Assembly (NCBI RefSeq): GCF_001194135.2
Contig: NC_068990.1
Span: 4,569,834 to 4,633,833, forward strand
DNA: 64,000 bases
Direction: 5' to 3'
Source of the DNA: Octopus bimaculoides
Taxonomy: Eukaryota
In this document: in pieces, positions 39,764 to 53,749 of the stretch
Position numbering within the stretch: position 1 is the stretch's first letter
How the letters are laid out: each line of letters begins with the position of its first letter
Notes under the pieces: model-generated
The model's database searches: none
What the model saw: only the letters and a program-made list of their open reading frames with translations
Told to the model about the DNA's origin: nothing
Made by a program: the position numbers and the translations under genes

Positions 39764-41821
39764 GATATATACTCATATATATATATATATGAGTATATTT
39801 TATATGAGAATCAGTATCGATACTCAATGTGTACTTGTACATGTAAGCATGCATGACTCTCTGTTTGCTATTTATTAAACAGTATCTATGATAGCTACAT
39901 TAATGTATGCATGTAAGTGCAGTATTTTCGTCATGTTCATTGCATTATCTGATAACATTTATATGTGAATATTTTTACACATATCAATGCTGAATATAAC
40001 GTCATACATATTTTACTCACAACCTTTATTATTGTGTATATTGATATTTTTGTATATTGTACTATTATGCTATTATCTTCTACATTTGTTACTAAACACA
40101 TTAGTATGCTTTTTGTATAATCTTCTGTAAAGCATGTGTGTGTTGTATAACATAAAATATATTCATATATATATATACAAGGAGGAAGAATGAGAGAGAG
40201 AGGAAATAGACACACACACACACACACTCACACACACACACACACACACATATATATGTATATATATATATAGTGACAAAAAGAGAGAGAGAGAGAGAGA
40301 GTGAGAAAGCTTAACTGTCAAAAGATTGAATAATTTACAATTTATGTAACATCTCACAATATTATTTCATTTTACATTTTCAAGTATTTTGCAGACTATT
40401 TCTAAACTTTTGAAGAAAAAAATTTTCTCTCATTTTCTTTGTAAAACTTTAGCGCAAATATTAGAATAGAATTTCAATGTTAACAAATCTATTTCTAGGG
40501 TGATAAACAAGTAAGATTATTTCACTGTAGTATTTCAAATATTAGGACAAAAAAAATGTAAAAAGTAAAACAGAAGCAATTATTATGATTACTCACAATA
40601 TTCTATATTTCTTAGCAATTTAAATAATTAAATAGTGGAAATGAGATATTAAAAAAGAAAAAAGTTTTGCACATGCTGAAGAATAAAAAAAAAATCAGGA
40701 TGTGTTGTACATAGATTTGGAAGATGAGTATGATCACATCCTCACACAAAAAAGAAGACATTGGCAAAACCAGAAAAATACAACAGTAGACATGTACATT
40801 TTAATTTTTAGATATAATTTGATCTAGTCATTCATTTGATAATCAGTATATTGGACAACTGATATTAGTAACACATTGAAGTATCCTCTGTGTAGTTATT
40901 CAACGTGCAAGAAATACCAGCCAAATTTCTCTAAAACCACATATAATGAAGGATGGTATATCAAAAATACCTAGACTTAGATACTATCTTTTATTTGTTT
41001 CAGTCACTAGACTGCAGCTATGCTGGGGCACCACCTTGAAGGGTTTAACCAAATTGCACTCAGTATTTATTTTCTTTTTAAGCCTGGTAGTTATTCTGTT
41101 GGACTCTTTTGGCTGAACACATAAGTTCTAGAGATGTAAACAAACCTACACTGGTTGTCAAATGGTGATGGGGACAAATACAATACAAAGATACATACAC
41201 ATACATACATACTTATACACACACACACATATAGATATGGCAGATGGAAGATGGAATATATGAGAATATATTATTAATCATGACAATTGTTTTCGACACA
41301 TCTAACAACGATCCCTCATGGGTGGGACACTCAACAATTGGTACAGTAGCATCCGGCAGTGCAGATGTATCTCGTCTGGTGATAAATAGATAAAACTCGT
41401 TAAAATAACAGTCCTGCAATGTAACTTCTCATTTTGTAGAAAGGAAAACAGCCAGATGGAGGATATATCTTCATTTATATAGAAGATCAAAAATAAAATC
41501 ACAGATGGAAAAAAGGAGAAATGAACATGCAATACAGCGAGAAAAGTATTAAAAAGAACTGTTAACGAATATGGATGTATAAACACCCTCAGGCAAGCTG
41601 CGTCGCACAAGTACACTTGCTCATACAAGCATCTGTTAAAATGTGATCATATGCACATGTGAGGTTTGGTGCACTCATGATCAAAAAGTGAGTTAACTAT
41701 CTACTTGGTGTTTGTAAGAATGGGGAGGTTAAAAGTAGACTTCAGTCATCCATATCTTAAAGAATAAGTCCTGGGGTCAATTTCTTTGACTAAAGGTGGT
41801 GCTCCAGCATGGCCACATATC

Positions 41822-42965
41822 GTCATCCTCATCATCCTTTAACATCCATTTCCTATGCTGGCATGGTATGGACGGTTTGACCAGAGCTGGTAAGCTGCAN
41901 NNNNNNNNNNNNNNNNNNNNNNNNNNNNNNNNNNNNNNNNNNNNNNNNNNNNNNNNNNNNNNNNNNNNNNNNNNNNNNNNNNNNNNNNNNNNNNNNNNNN
42001 NNNNNNNNNNNNNNNNNNNNNNNNNNNNNNNNNNNNNNNNNNNNNNNNNNNNNNNNNNNNNNNNNNNNNNNNNNNNNNNNNNNNNNNNNNNNNNNNNNNN
42101 NNNNNNNNNNNNNNNNNNNNNNNNNNNNNNNNNNNNNNNNNNNNNNNNNNNNNNNNNNNNNNNNNNNNNNNNNNNNNNNNNNNNNNNNNNNNNNNNNNNN
42201 NNNNNNNNNNNNNNNNNNNNNNNNNNNNNNNNNNNNNNNNNNNNNNNNNNNNNNNNNNNNNNNNNNNNNNNNNNNNNNNNNNNNNNNNNNNNNNNNNNNN
42301 NNNNNNNNNNNNNNNNNNNNNNNNNNNNNNNNNNNNNNNNNNNNNNNNNNNNNNNNNNNNNNNNNNNNNNNNNNNNNNNNNNNNNNNNNNNNNNNNNNNN
42401 NNNNNNNNNNNNNNNNNNNNNNNNNNNNNNNNNNNNNNNNNNNNNNNNNNNNNNNNNNNNNNNNNNNNNNNNNNNNNNNNNNNNNNNNNNNNNNNNNNNN
42501 NNNNNNNNNNNNNNNNNNNNNNNNNNNNNNNNNNNNNNNNNNNNNNNNNNNNNNNNNNNNNNNNNNNNNNNNNNNNNNNNNNNNNNNNNNNNNNNNNNNN
42601 NNNNNNNNNNNNNNNNNNNNNNNNNNNNNNNNNNNNNNNNNNNNNNNNNNNNNNNNNNNNNNNNNNNNNNNNNNNNNNNNNNNNNNNNNNNNNNNNNNNN
42701 NNNNNNNNNNNNNNNNNCTTACGCATGTCCTCAGCAGTCACAGCCCATGTAGCATGGCTGTTCGTACACATGCGTCATACAGTCTGCCTTTTACCCTGAG
42801 TGAGAGTCCCTTTGTCGCCAGCAGAGGTAAGAGCTCTCTAAACTTGGCCCAGGCTATTCTTATTCTAGCAGTTACACTTTCAGCGCACCCACCTCCACTA
42901 CTAACTTGGTCACCCAGATAACGGAAGCTATCAACTACCTCTAGTTTTTCTCCCTGGAATGAGAT
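41822..42965 (-). mobile_element. RTE-clade LINE 3' portion spanning an assembly gap
   Basis: 42965-42718 translates to FQGEKLEVVDSFRYLGDQVSSGGGCAESVTARIRIAWAKFRELLPLLATKGLSLRVKGRLYDACVRTAMLHG. The RTE-like (GAT)n tail lies at 41822-41899. Continuity across the N gap is inferred. Confidence 0.85.
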
Positions 42966-44825
42966 AGAAGTTGTTTCCTGTTTCTTTACAGTGTTTATTG
43001 CACCTGAACATCTGCCACATACAAAGACTAACTTTGTAGTTAATCTGCCTTATAGACACACATACACATACATACACACATACATGCATAATAGATTTCT
43101 TTCACTTTCAGTCTACCACACCTGCTCACAAGGCTTTGGTTGACCTGGGGCTATAGTAGAAGACACTTGCTCAAGGTGTCATACAGTAGGACTGTTCCCA
43201 GAACTATAGAAACTTCTCATCACCCAACGATGCCTGGACCCATTGGGAGAAAAAGTAAAAGCAAAACACTCTTAATCATGAGTCTGCTTGATCAGTGCTG
43301 ATCTGAGGCTAAACAGCAACACAACTGATATGACCCTATATTACTGCTTGTTACAAAATCAATGATCAATTGCTTTTTAAAGATACGTTGTATTTGATTG
43401 CCTTTTAGATGTTGAGTTTGTGTGTGTATGTTGATAGTTTTTGAAATGATGGATCTGCTGTTTGACAGATATCACTGGTGTTACTGTTGCATTATTCCAG
43501 TTAAATGAAAACAACCAATGAAACAGTTAAAATAATTCACTAAATTCATGGATTTTGCTTTGATTTCGCACATAAATAATTTTGTAAGTTCATGGATTGG
43601 ATGGCTATTTCAGGTGTAGATGTTTGTATATAAATTTGATGTAAATTATTTCAAGTGCAATCACTGAAATGTATTCCAACTATGCTTCTCAGCGTAAGTA
43701 ATCTATGTTATCCTAAACAATATACAACTTCCAAAATAAATGCATCATTTTCTTCCCTCATGAGCTTTTATATAGGCACTTGATCTATAAATTGCTGCAG
43801 CAAAATTCTTACAGTAAGCATTACCATCTATAAAACAGAGGAGGATTGCCTGTTGTATAATTCAAGATATGGTACCTAAAGTTTTAAGGAAAGCAATACA
43901 TTAAAGGAAAGATGATCACAAACACATAAACACTGTAGACCTAAAATAGAAAGACGTAATGAATATGATACTATGAAGGTTAATGTTGTCCAATAAAACA
44001 TGTTCAACCTGCGGGTCAGTTCTGATTCAGTAGACTAATGATTAACAACATTCCAACCAAGACCACCTCAACTTTATTCTGCAGGTATGCCGTAGCGGAT
44101 GCACCCATTTTTTTTTATAAAGATGGTGGTGTCAAATTTGAGGGACATTTGGCTACTAGTTTTAGCAGGTTCAATGAACATGTCAAGAATCCTAATTGAG
44201 ACATCCAGGAAAGGTTATTGGTAGTAGTGTTATTGATAATCACAATGATAGAAATAATTTAGAAAACTGAAAGCAAGACAAACTTTCTTAACTGTTGAGA
44301 CACTAACTGATTTTACCAAAGAACCATATGATAAATTTGGGAATTCACAAAAATAAAAAATAAAAAACTGTAAAACTTTATTTGGTAAAATTTTGAAGTT
44401 TATGTGAACACACACTCACACATGTGTAGAAACCCAGACACACATATGTATGCAGAGTATGATGATGGCATTATCTATTATCTTCAGCAAAGTTATGATG
44501 CTATCAGTAAGATTTTCCTCTTCATTGAAAAGTGTTGATACCATCACTAATAGTCTATGTTACCATTAATAAACTATGATACTATTAGTAAATGTCTTTT
44601 GCCATTAATAAACTATGGTGCCATCTATAGTACTATAAAAATATAATAAATAAATAAAAAATATGCTTTCCACCACTAATATTTCCTTCTTAGAAAAGAT
44701 TAAAAACAATTCTTGGGGAAAAAAAAATGGTGAAAAAATTAGCACAATCTGAAGTAGAAAGATATTAACAAAAAAAAAAGACAAAAACAAAAGGAAAAAC
44801 TCAAACACATATATGCACACGCACG

Positions 44826-44858
<33 letters not shown>

Positions 44859-45563
44859 GTGCAAGCAAAACCTTTGTTTTATCACTTGAAACCATTAGTC
44901 TCTATGGAATTTCTAATCTGTTCAACATCTTTATCTACATGGCAATTCTTTTGTGGAATTATATCACATGATCCAGCTCTCAATATCTTAAAGGTTAGTA
45001 AGTTCTCACTTTATTTTCTCATGTTGGAAATATTTGAGAATCTTTTAAAGTTGCCTGGATCTAATCAGAATAAAAGCTGGAATGAAATATTCTTCTCTTT
45101 AAGATGTTTATATGTTAAATTATTTATTCTTTCCTTCATGGGAATATTTTTTTTTTAATGGGGTAAATAGAAAGTCTGTATGTCAATGTAGGGAAAATGA
45201 AAATTCATAACAATAGCTTAATAATATGTAACTTAAAAATAAAACAATACTAAAACAGATAGACAAAACCATCGCCCATTACATCTCCCAGCTTACCCCT
45301 AAAAAATACAGCAAAATAAGTCTGTTGAATGAAATGGATATTCTCCAAGTTTATATTCTTTTGAAAGATTTATTGCTTACAGGTATTACTTCATTTTCTA
45401 CATAAATCATAAATGAATTTAATAATAACAATTTATTTTGTCTAAGTATTAGGTCTTTATTATTTTTTTTTTAATAGTAGCATGTTGGGGAATATCATTA
45501 ATTGTGTTTTGTGTATATAATATTGTAGGTAGTTATTTCATCTCAACACTGAAGGAATGGACA

Positions 45564-45564
45564 C

Positions 45565-45611
<47 letters not shown>

Positions 45612-45765
45612 GACAGACAGACAGAGAGAGAGAGAAAGAGAGAGGGAGATAGGGAGAAAGAGAGAGAGGGAAAGAGGGAGAAAGAGAGAGAGGGAAAGAG
45701 AGAGAGGGAGAAAGAGAGAGAGAGAAAGAGAGAGAGAATGAGAGAGAGAAAGAGAGAGAGAGAAT

Positions 45766-45813
<48 letters not shown>

Positions 45814-45818
45814 AAGAT
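45564..45818. repeat. ~250-bp (GA)n-rich polypurine tract
   Basis: Seen directly. Source of the RERE/SLSL ORFs in the track. Confidence 0.97.
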
Positions 45819-45869
45819 AGTCAAATTATACACCTGTTTCTGAATTACCATTCTCATCAAATTTTTCCA

Positions 45870-46970
45870 AGAGCAAAGCTACTCTTCCTTGTTTCATTTT
45901 TCACAGTTGTTGGTGTAGCCCCAGAACAGCTTTTATTGAAAGTACATATGGTCAATGGCATTCCATCTTTTTTTTTTTTTTTTTTACTTGCTAAACCTGA
46001 AGGGAGGGGCACTGTCTTAACCCATGTAGAGCTTCTGAAACCAAGGGGATTGATGCCATTAATGTTCTGTTTAAACTGTTGTAGGAAAACTATGAACAAG
46101 GAGGAGGTCCTAAGGAGATGATATTTTGAAAAAAAAAGGATTGGGCATAGCAGGTAGTCCAGGGCTGGGGAACTGGATGCAGTAAGAATGACCAAGAGGT
46201 GGATAGATGAATGGATCAAGGGTCCTGAGTGGTGGAGGCATGAGATTAACAGGTTTCGAGTAGAGGAGGCTATTATAGCAGCAATAGACTAGAGTGTGCC
46301 TGTTAGTGGCTCTTCTCCAGATGCTGTCCAGGATGTCTCTGTGCATGATAGCAGCACCATCCTAGAGCTGGGTTCAGTATTTCACTGTTGGCTTTACTTA
46401 AGTCATGTATAATGTTAGCAGATGTTGGGGGCTGAAATATTCTCTGGCTCTGAAGGGAAGGGGTAGTTTAGGGGATGTAATCCTAGCTATGCTAATGATA
46501 TACAGCAGATGATCAGTGATAGAGAGAAGAAAAGCATTTGGAGAAATTGTGAGGGCTCTAGTTGAGTGTAGTACATGTTAAGAAAAGGTGTAGTGGTATT
46601 TTCTTGATATGTGTTGTGGTTGAGTTTTTTGCTGTTGAAAGAGTCAAAGGAAACTCGCTGAGAGCATCCCCTCTTGGGGGATGCTCTCAAGTTCTCTGTT
46701 TATAGAAACAATGCAAATTTGGAGATGTGTCAATTGCATGTGGATGATGTATTGTCAAAGAAAGTTAGGGAGGTAGACTCAAATAACTCACTAGTGTACA
46801 GAAGGGAGAGTGTGTGGGAGACAGATAAAACTTGGAGAAAATCAGAGTTGATTGAGAGTGGGGCAAAGACCACTATCAACATATTCCACAATAGTGTGAG
46901 CGCATATAAAGCTACTAATTCAAGAGATGAGAGATGTGTGATGCCTATAAGTGCTAACTTTTAAGAATGG
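45870..46970 (-). mobile_element. Old CR1/Jockey-superfamily LINE fragment (endonuclease to pre-RT linker)
   Basis: C-rich minus strand with degenerate protein-like frames (INSDFLQVLS.., WRRATNRH.., QNINGINPLGFRS.., DGMP). Heavily decayed, so the clade call is tentative. Confidence 0.5.
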
Positions 46971-47099
46971 CGTTGCTGATGTCTAGAACAACAAGACTGT
47001 TACAAACTTTTTTAAAATATTAGGGTGTAGCTTGAAGAGATTAGGAAGTCAAGCAACCATATAGAGCCCCCTTATTGGTTTGTAGTGTTGTTGATAAAG

Positions 47100-47355
47100 A
47101 AGACTGGTATTAAGGGCTTCATAATAAATCAGTTAACAGATAGTATATTGATTTAAAATTTTGGCACAAGGCCAACAATTTCAAGGGGAGGAGTAAGTCA
47201 ACTACATTGACCTCAGTGCTCAGCAAATTCTTATTCTATCGACCATAAAAGGATGAAAGGCAAAGTCAACCTCAGACTCAGATTGTAAAGACGGATGAAA
47301 TGCTGCTAAGCATTTTTCCTGGCGTGCTAATGATTCCGCCAGCTCACTGCCTTAC
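47100..47355 (-). mobile_element. (ATT)n-tailed tRNA-type SINE
   Basis: aaggatgaaaggcaaagtcaacctc..gctaagcatttttcctggcgtgctaatgattccgccagctc. Confidence 0.9.
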
Positions 47356-47989
47356 AGACAGATAATACATTGACAACTGTGTGACATAGCCCTCAGGCAA
47401 GTACGCTATGGACATAAAATATGTGTGTAGAGGAAGGCAACCATGTTTTCCTTTCATCATGGATATGCTCAGTCAATTACATCAGTTTTACTAAAACAAT
47501 AACAACAATAATGATGGTGTTCGTACAATTGACACAATAATATCAAGTGACTTTGATGATATTTAAAAGTAATCTGAGAAACTAAGAATACATTAATTCA
47601 GCTAGTGAAATAAAATATTGTAGAGTATTTAAACAAAAAATATTGTCTTTCTTTGATTTCATTTGCAATTAAGACAACTGGATTGATACTCAATTACTGT
47701 CGTCGCAAAATAAAAAAAATAAAAAAATTAGAAGTTATCAATAAATATAAATGGATGGAAATTCTAGAAATTAGCAATACAATCAGTACATGTTGCTAGA
47801 TTTATATTTTTTGTTTCAGAGTACTTGTTAACCTTGAACATTTTCTTTGCCTAATTATTGAGATATAACTAATTCATTGCCATACAATAAAGGGAATTTT
47901 TTCCTATACCAGTCAAATTATAAATAAATAAATAACAGCTACAGATGCTAATTCTACTACCAGCTTAGGCACAAAGTTATCTTCATAAA

Positions 47990-48215
47990 ACAGCAAGCTG
48001 GCAGAATCGTCAGTGTACTGGGCAAAAGGCTTAGTGGCATTTAGTCCATGTTTATTTACTGAGTTCAAATTCCACTGAAGTCGACTTTGCTTTTCATCCC
48101 TTAGGGGTCAACAAAATAGGTACCAGCTGAGCACTGGGATGGGGGTATCAATGTAATTGACTTAACCCCTCCCCTAAAATTGCTGACCTTGTGCCAAAAT
48201 CTGAAACCAGAATTT
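47990..48215 (+). mobile_element. (ATT)n-tailed tRNA-type SINE family copy
   Basis: gctggcagaatcgtcag..gagttcaaattcc..gtcgactttgcttttcatcc..taccagctgagcactggg. Confidence 0.9.
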
Positions 48216-48337
48216 ATATTGTCTATGGCAGTGAGACGAAAAACAAAGTTGTTATACTGGCATTATAATAATAATAATAATAATTATTATTATTATTGTT
48301 ATTATAATTATTATTAAAAGAAATCATTATTATTATT

Positions 48338-48545
48338 AAGGTAGCAAGCTAACAAAATCGTTAGCATTTTGAGCATAATGCCTAGCAGCATTTCTTCTGA
48401 CTCATTGCATTCTAATTTCAAATTCTGCTAGGGTCAACTTTACTTTTCATTTTTCCGGGGTTGATAAAATAAGTATTGGGGTTGATGTAATTGACTATCC
48501 TCCTTCCCCTAAAATTTCAGGTCTTGTACCTATATTAGAAAGATT
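48338..48545 (+). mobile_element. (ATT)n-tailed tRNA-type SINE family copy, diverged
   Basis: Same motifs as 47990-48215. Confidence 0.8.
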
Positions 48546-49212
48546 TAGTGTTGTTATAATTTATGCTATTGTTGCTTTGTTTTCTATGAGCTCTTACATG
48601 AAGTCTCTGGTAATAGAAACCTCAAGTAACAGCAAGTTGGATGTTTTAGTATGGATATTATTTATGATTAGCACTGATATATTGTAGTGAAATCTGAGAA
48701 CTAATATTCTGTTTGATTTGTTATATCTCAGTTTTGAAAGCGTTTTGAGAGGATCAAATATTTTCAGGCTGACAGTGTTTCTCTTAGGATGTGGCAGTAC
48801 TCAGATAACAATTTTTGTAGTTCTGATACTTTTGGGTTTCCTGGTATTTGGCCATAAAGGTTTAAGAGTGCAATTTAGTATTGTCTCAAAAGCTCCAATG
48901 AGCAAATGGTTGTTGTTTTTAGATGCCACATTTTTGAGATCTCTATTTCAAAATCTTTGTTTACTTAACTTTTCAAATGTTATTAAAGAATTGTCACAGT
49001 CTGCTAGGATTAACATATATGTAAGCAAATATGTTTTTTTTTTTTAATATGATTTATTTTTTGTCTCAACATCTGGTCTAGTTGTCTGAATAGCTTGATA
49101 AGTTTGAATACTGAAGTCTCAAAAATGGTGATCTCTTTATTTTCTACAACTTTTGCAGGCTTATGATCCCACCAGTTCTCATATGAAAGTTCTTCTCACA
49201 TGGGTTATTATT

Positions 49213-49262
<50 letters not shown>

Positions 49263-49382
49263 TATTATTAGTATTATTACTATTTTGCAGGATTTGAACA
49301 AGTGAATCTTGATAAACTACAAAATACTGTAATATATTTAGTTTAGTCTTCTACTGTTTAGCTACTACACAATGGAGGTAAC

Positions 49383-49560
49383 ATGACTAAAACTAAACAT
49401 TACAGACCCATTTCTCTCATGTCTCACGCATACAACATTGTTGAATGCATGGTGCGAAAACGAATAATTATGTATCTTGGAGAAAACAACACCTTAGATA
49501 ATATAATACACAACATGCTTTTTGAATTGGATGAAGCTGCTTGTTGCAACTATTCTTCAT
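49383..49560 (+). mobile_element. CR1/L2-type LINE RT fragment
   Basis: HYRPISLMSHAYNIVECMVRKRIIMYLGENNTL matches the RT N-terminal NYRPISLTS..K..ER..L..N motif. Confidence 0.75.
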
Positions 49561-49679
49561 CATTTTCTCTCTTTTTATGTTTTAGTCTTCTCAGTTCATC
49601 CAGATATTCAGTTCAGAGGAAAATTTATCTACAATAAATGTAGCAGCTGATCTTTCTTCCTGTATCATTGATGTCATGC

Positions 49680-50175
49680 CATTCGTTCTGATGTTTTTAC
49701 TGGGCAGAGTTCCGCTATAGCACCATTGCATTCTGTTGTTATAAGAATTTGCAAATCTATTTCAACATTTCTTGACCACAAGTCACCTTTGATAGCTCTG
49801 CTTTGATCGCTCCTCCACAGTGCAATACAAATGTAATGACTAGTCATAGATTGACATAATTTCCAATGTCTCTTATTATCATTCTTGTATTTCTTCACTT
49901 CTTTGACCTATGCACTGCACCCCAAATGTATACTCAGAATTATGTTTAATAATAATTTCAACCTATCTTGAATTAGTCTTTAGATTTGAAGATACAGCAG
50001 ATGATGCTATCACTTTGTCCCTTTTCAATAAAGAGTATTTCAACCAATATTTCCTGAGCAGCTTGTAACACTTGTTGTGAGAGTCCACTTCAGATTTAGT
50101 CCACTTCAATATTTTTGCAAGCTGAGGTATGTAATTTTTTGTTTTTGCCCCCTCCTGGAGTAGCTCCTGTAGCAA
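49680..50175 (-). mobile_element. Possible Gypsy pol fragment (region before the integrase zinc finger)
   Basis: PQLAKILKWTKSEV..KYWLKYSLLKRDKVI resembles the Gypsy DPxLxxIxxW..xYWxQWxxLxLxDGVL segment. Highly decayed. Confidence 0.35.
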
Positions 50176-50257
50176 AGAATGTTTAATTTTAAAAACACAT
50201 TCCTACTTATACTTTTGTTCTTACAGCCGTGATAGCACTAAAATCTGTTCAATTTCT

Positions 50258-50490
50258 TATTTCTTTATTGCCCAGAAGGGGCTAAACATAGAGGGAATAA
50301 ACAAGGACAGACAAAGGGATTAAGTCGATTACATCGACCCCAGTGCATAACTGATACTTAATTTATCGACCCCAAAAGGATGAAAGGCAAAGTCGACCTT
50401 GGCGGAATTTGAACTCAGAATGTAACGGCAGATGAAATATCGCTAAGCATTTCGCCCGGCATGCTAACAGCTCGGCCAGCTCACTGCCTT
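50258..50490 (-). mobile_element. Young (ATT)-family tRNA-type SINE with 14-bp TSD
   Basis: TSD tctgttcaatttct at 50244-50257 and 50491-50504. CpGs largely intact. Confidence 0.95.
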
Positions 50491-51189
50491 TCTGTTCAAT
50501 TTCTGTTAAGGACAAATTTACTTTGGCACTAGAATTGCATTAATAGACTAAAGTGTTTGAATTAATGTAATTGTTGCAACTGGTGTTGTCATTGCTACCA
50601 TTGCTGTCATAAAAACTACCTGTTTGAGTATTTGCATTACTAAACTGTTCATTTTTCTCCTTTCAGTAATGTTTTTTGGGGCTTGTGTGCAAAATACATA
50701 ATTTATGTCACTTAAAAAAAAAAAATTATTTATGCTTTTTTTTATTGTAGTGTTCTGTCTTGCAGCATAAGTATGTATGGTGACTGTTTTGGGTGTGAAA
50801 ATTCAACAAGTATAAGTAAATTTTAAAAGTTTATATAACAAACAATTTTATGCTGTCTACCCTCAGGTGCTGAAGGCTGGTTTTTCTATAGGTAAAAAAA
50901 TATATATTTTTAAAGTACTCTCATTTGGTAATACATGAATAAATTGAGTCTTGAACTGAGAAGGAAAACATTTCCCTGCAGTAAGAGTTTAATAATAATA
51001 ATAACAATAGTAATAATCCTTTCTACAACATGCACAAAGCCTGGAAATTTTGGCAGGAAGGAGCTAGTCAATTACATCAACCCCAGTGCTCAACTGGTAC
51101 TTATTTCATTGAACTTGAAAAGATGAAAGGTAAAGTTGACCTCAATGGAATTTAAACACAGAATACAAGGGCATGTTAATGATTATACC

Positions 51190-51254
<65 letters not shown>

Positions 51255-51941
51255 CCTTTCTACTATAGGTGTAAGGACTGAAATTTTTGAGAGAATTTAT
51301 GTGGGAGAATTGGCTGCTATTTCTAGCAGTTTAATTATCATGTAGAAGCTTTCTCATTGGATTGGTTAATTTGAACTTGATATCATTAGATAACTTGTTT
51401 TATTTTCTATTACATTTTTCCCTGACTTAGTCAATGAAAAAACAGCAGCACTTATTGCCTTTTGTCAGAGCCTCCAATACTGACAGGAAGAAGATGGAGA
51501 TAGTAACCTTCAGATAGGAGACCTGACTTAAGCACTTAAAACAGTGTATACTCAGCTTAAAGCACCCAAGAGCCCAGTGGTGGTGTTAAATAGTGACAGA
51601 TTAAACCTACCATTTCAAAAAAGATGAAAATAGCTAAAACGTTATTTCTATTTATAAGAACATACTTTATGGAAAAAATGAAAGACTTAAATTGCGATCT
51701 TCATACCCTTTCCCCAAAATACTAAGAATGTAAAGGAAGTAAAATTGTTAGCACTGAAAATTAAACGAGCTTATAAGGAGTTGAAATAGCTGGATAGACA
51801 TGGCTTGCTGATGGCACATTTGTTTGCTTTGCAAGTAATGCTGCTAATATTTGTGTACAGCTAATGGCAAACTTACTACAAAGGTGTAGACCTTTTCCAA
51901 TGTTTAAACTGTTCAACTTAAGGAATATACTTTCAGAATTT

Positions 51942-52126
51942 CTTGTATAATATTGTTTGTGACATGATGAGAAATGAAATATAAAGTGGTAACACTTTTA
52001 GTCTTTGGTAATCTGTTATGGGCATGATCTCTAAATAGCAGTTCAGTTGACTACTTGTTGAGGATTCAATCATTTATTGGATTCTGCTATGGATAACGAT
52101 ATGATAGTGATGTCAATTACAAAGAC

Positions 52127-52160
<34 letters not shown>

Positions 52161-52234
52161 GGAGAGAGAGAGAGTGAAAGAGAGAGAGAGAGAGANNNNN
52201 NNNNNGAGAGAGAGAGAGAAATAGATATAGATAT

Positions 52235-52286
<52 letters not shown>

Positions 52287-53680
52287 CTTTATATATTTTA
52301 CTGTTACTATTACCTACAAATGTAAAAAAAAGTAAGGCATGTAAGTAATGAATAAATCATGCTCAGGTAGAAGACATTTCAGATGACACTTTTCTATTTG
52401 ATAATGAAAGAATGAACTACAATTATGCATTCCTATTGATACTTCTGATTTGTTATGTATACACATGTTCTTACACTCTCTTTCACATACACATAAATAC
52501 TTTTACACACACAAACAGACACACATATACACACATACACACCTGACAGCCATCCAAGTCAAATAATTGTTTCTAATTTAAGCTCAATGATAGCAAGTTT
52601 AATGGGATGGATTAATTGATTATACTGACCCCATTATTTGATTAATTCTTTATTTTATCAACCCTGAAAGGATGAAAAACAAATTTCACCTTGGTGCAAT
52701 CTGAATCCAGAATGTAAAGGGCTGGAAGAAATATTGTAAGGCAATTTTCCTGGCACTTTAACAATTCTTCCAGTTCGTTGACTTCATATAACATAGGCAC
52801 AAAACCACAAATTTGGATGGGGATGGGAGGGAGTTAGTTGATTAAATTGACCTCAATACTCAACTGCTACTTTAGTTTAACAACCTTGGAAGAATGAAAG
52901 ACAAAGTTGACTTTGTGGGACTTGAACTCAGATGGCGTAGGTTTGTTACAAATACTGCAACATGTTTTTAATCAACTATGCTGATAACTCCACTAATCCA
53001 ACACCTTCATCCGAGTAAAATAATAGCCAATATTAATAATCTTCATTCAGAACAAGTATTGTTGTTTTTAAACCAAAGCCAGTCCTGATTTAGAAACTTA
53101 TTATCAAAAGCATTCAAGTCATGTCCATGTAGTTTTTTCTAAGAACACTGTATCCAAGCCCACATTATGCACTGTCCTTCTTTTCAAAAATGGAGGGTGT
53201 ATTTGGGGGAAATTTGGCAGTTATTTCTAGGAGGTTCAATGACCACCCTCATTGCTCAAACAGATGTGTTCCAAGCATATATGAATTTAGAACAGGACAC
53301 ACTTCATAGGGTTTTAAAATGAAATTAAATTGTTATTAATTTTCTCATTGGTTTAGAAGGTGACCCCTCCCACTTACAATAATATTTTCAGAAAAAAATA
53401 AAACTGTCTTTATTCTGTAGAGACTGACTAGGTTTTTAAAAAAATCTTGAAGAAAATTAATGGATGTTATCACTAAGAATGTCACACTCCAAATCCAGAG
53501 TTTTGCCAAATTAGATTGGAGCCTGGTGTTGCCATCCGGTTTCACCAGTCCTCAGTCAAATCGTCCAACCCATGCTAGCATGGAAAGCGGACGTTAAACG
53601 ATGATGATGATGATGATGATGAATGACATGACAATAATGCTAAAAGTAACTTATTTTCAAATTGAAGTAATAACAAACAT
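51942..53680 (+). repeat. Old tandem duplication, copy A (expanded by (GA)n and SINE insertions)
   Basis: Collinear anchors shared with 54412-55380: ttattggattctgctatgg, agaagacattYcagatg, ccatccaagtcaa, aatgaaattaaatt, ggatgWtatcact, atgacatgaca. Confidence 0.85.
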
Positions 53681-53749
53681 ATCACAAAAGTATAGATATA
53701 TTCAAACAGAGTTCAAGTTAGGATGTATGCTCTCAGTGTTTCTTTATTA

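Noticed and set aside
48265-48296. (AAT)n/(ATT)n palindromic junction
   Set aside because: Trivial result of two oppositely oriented microsatellite tails meeting.
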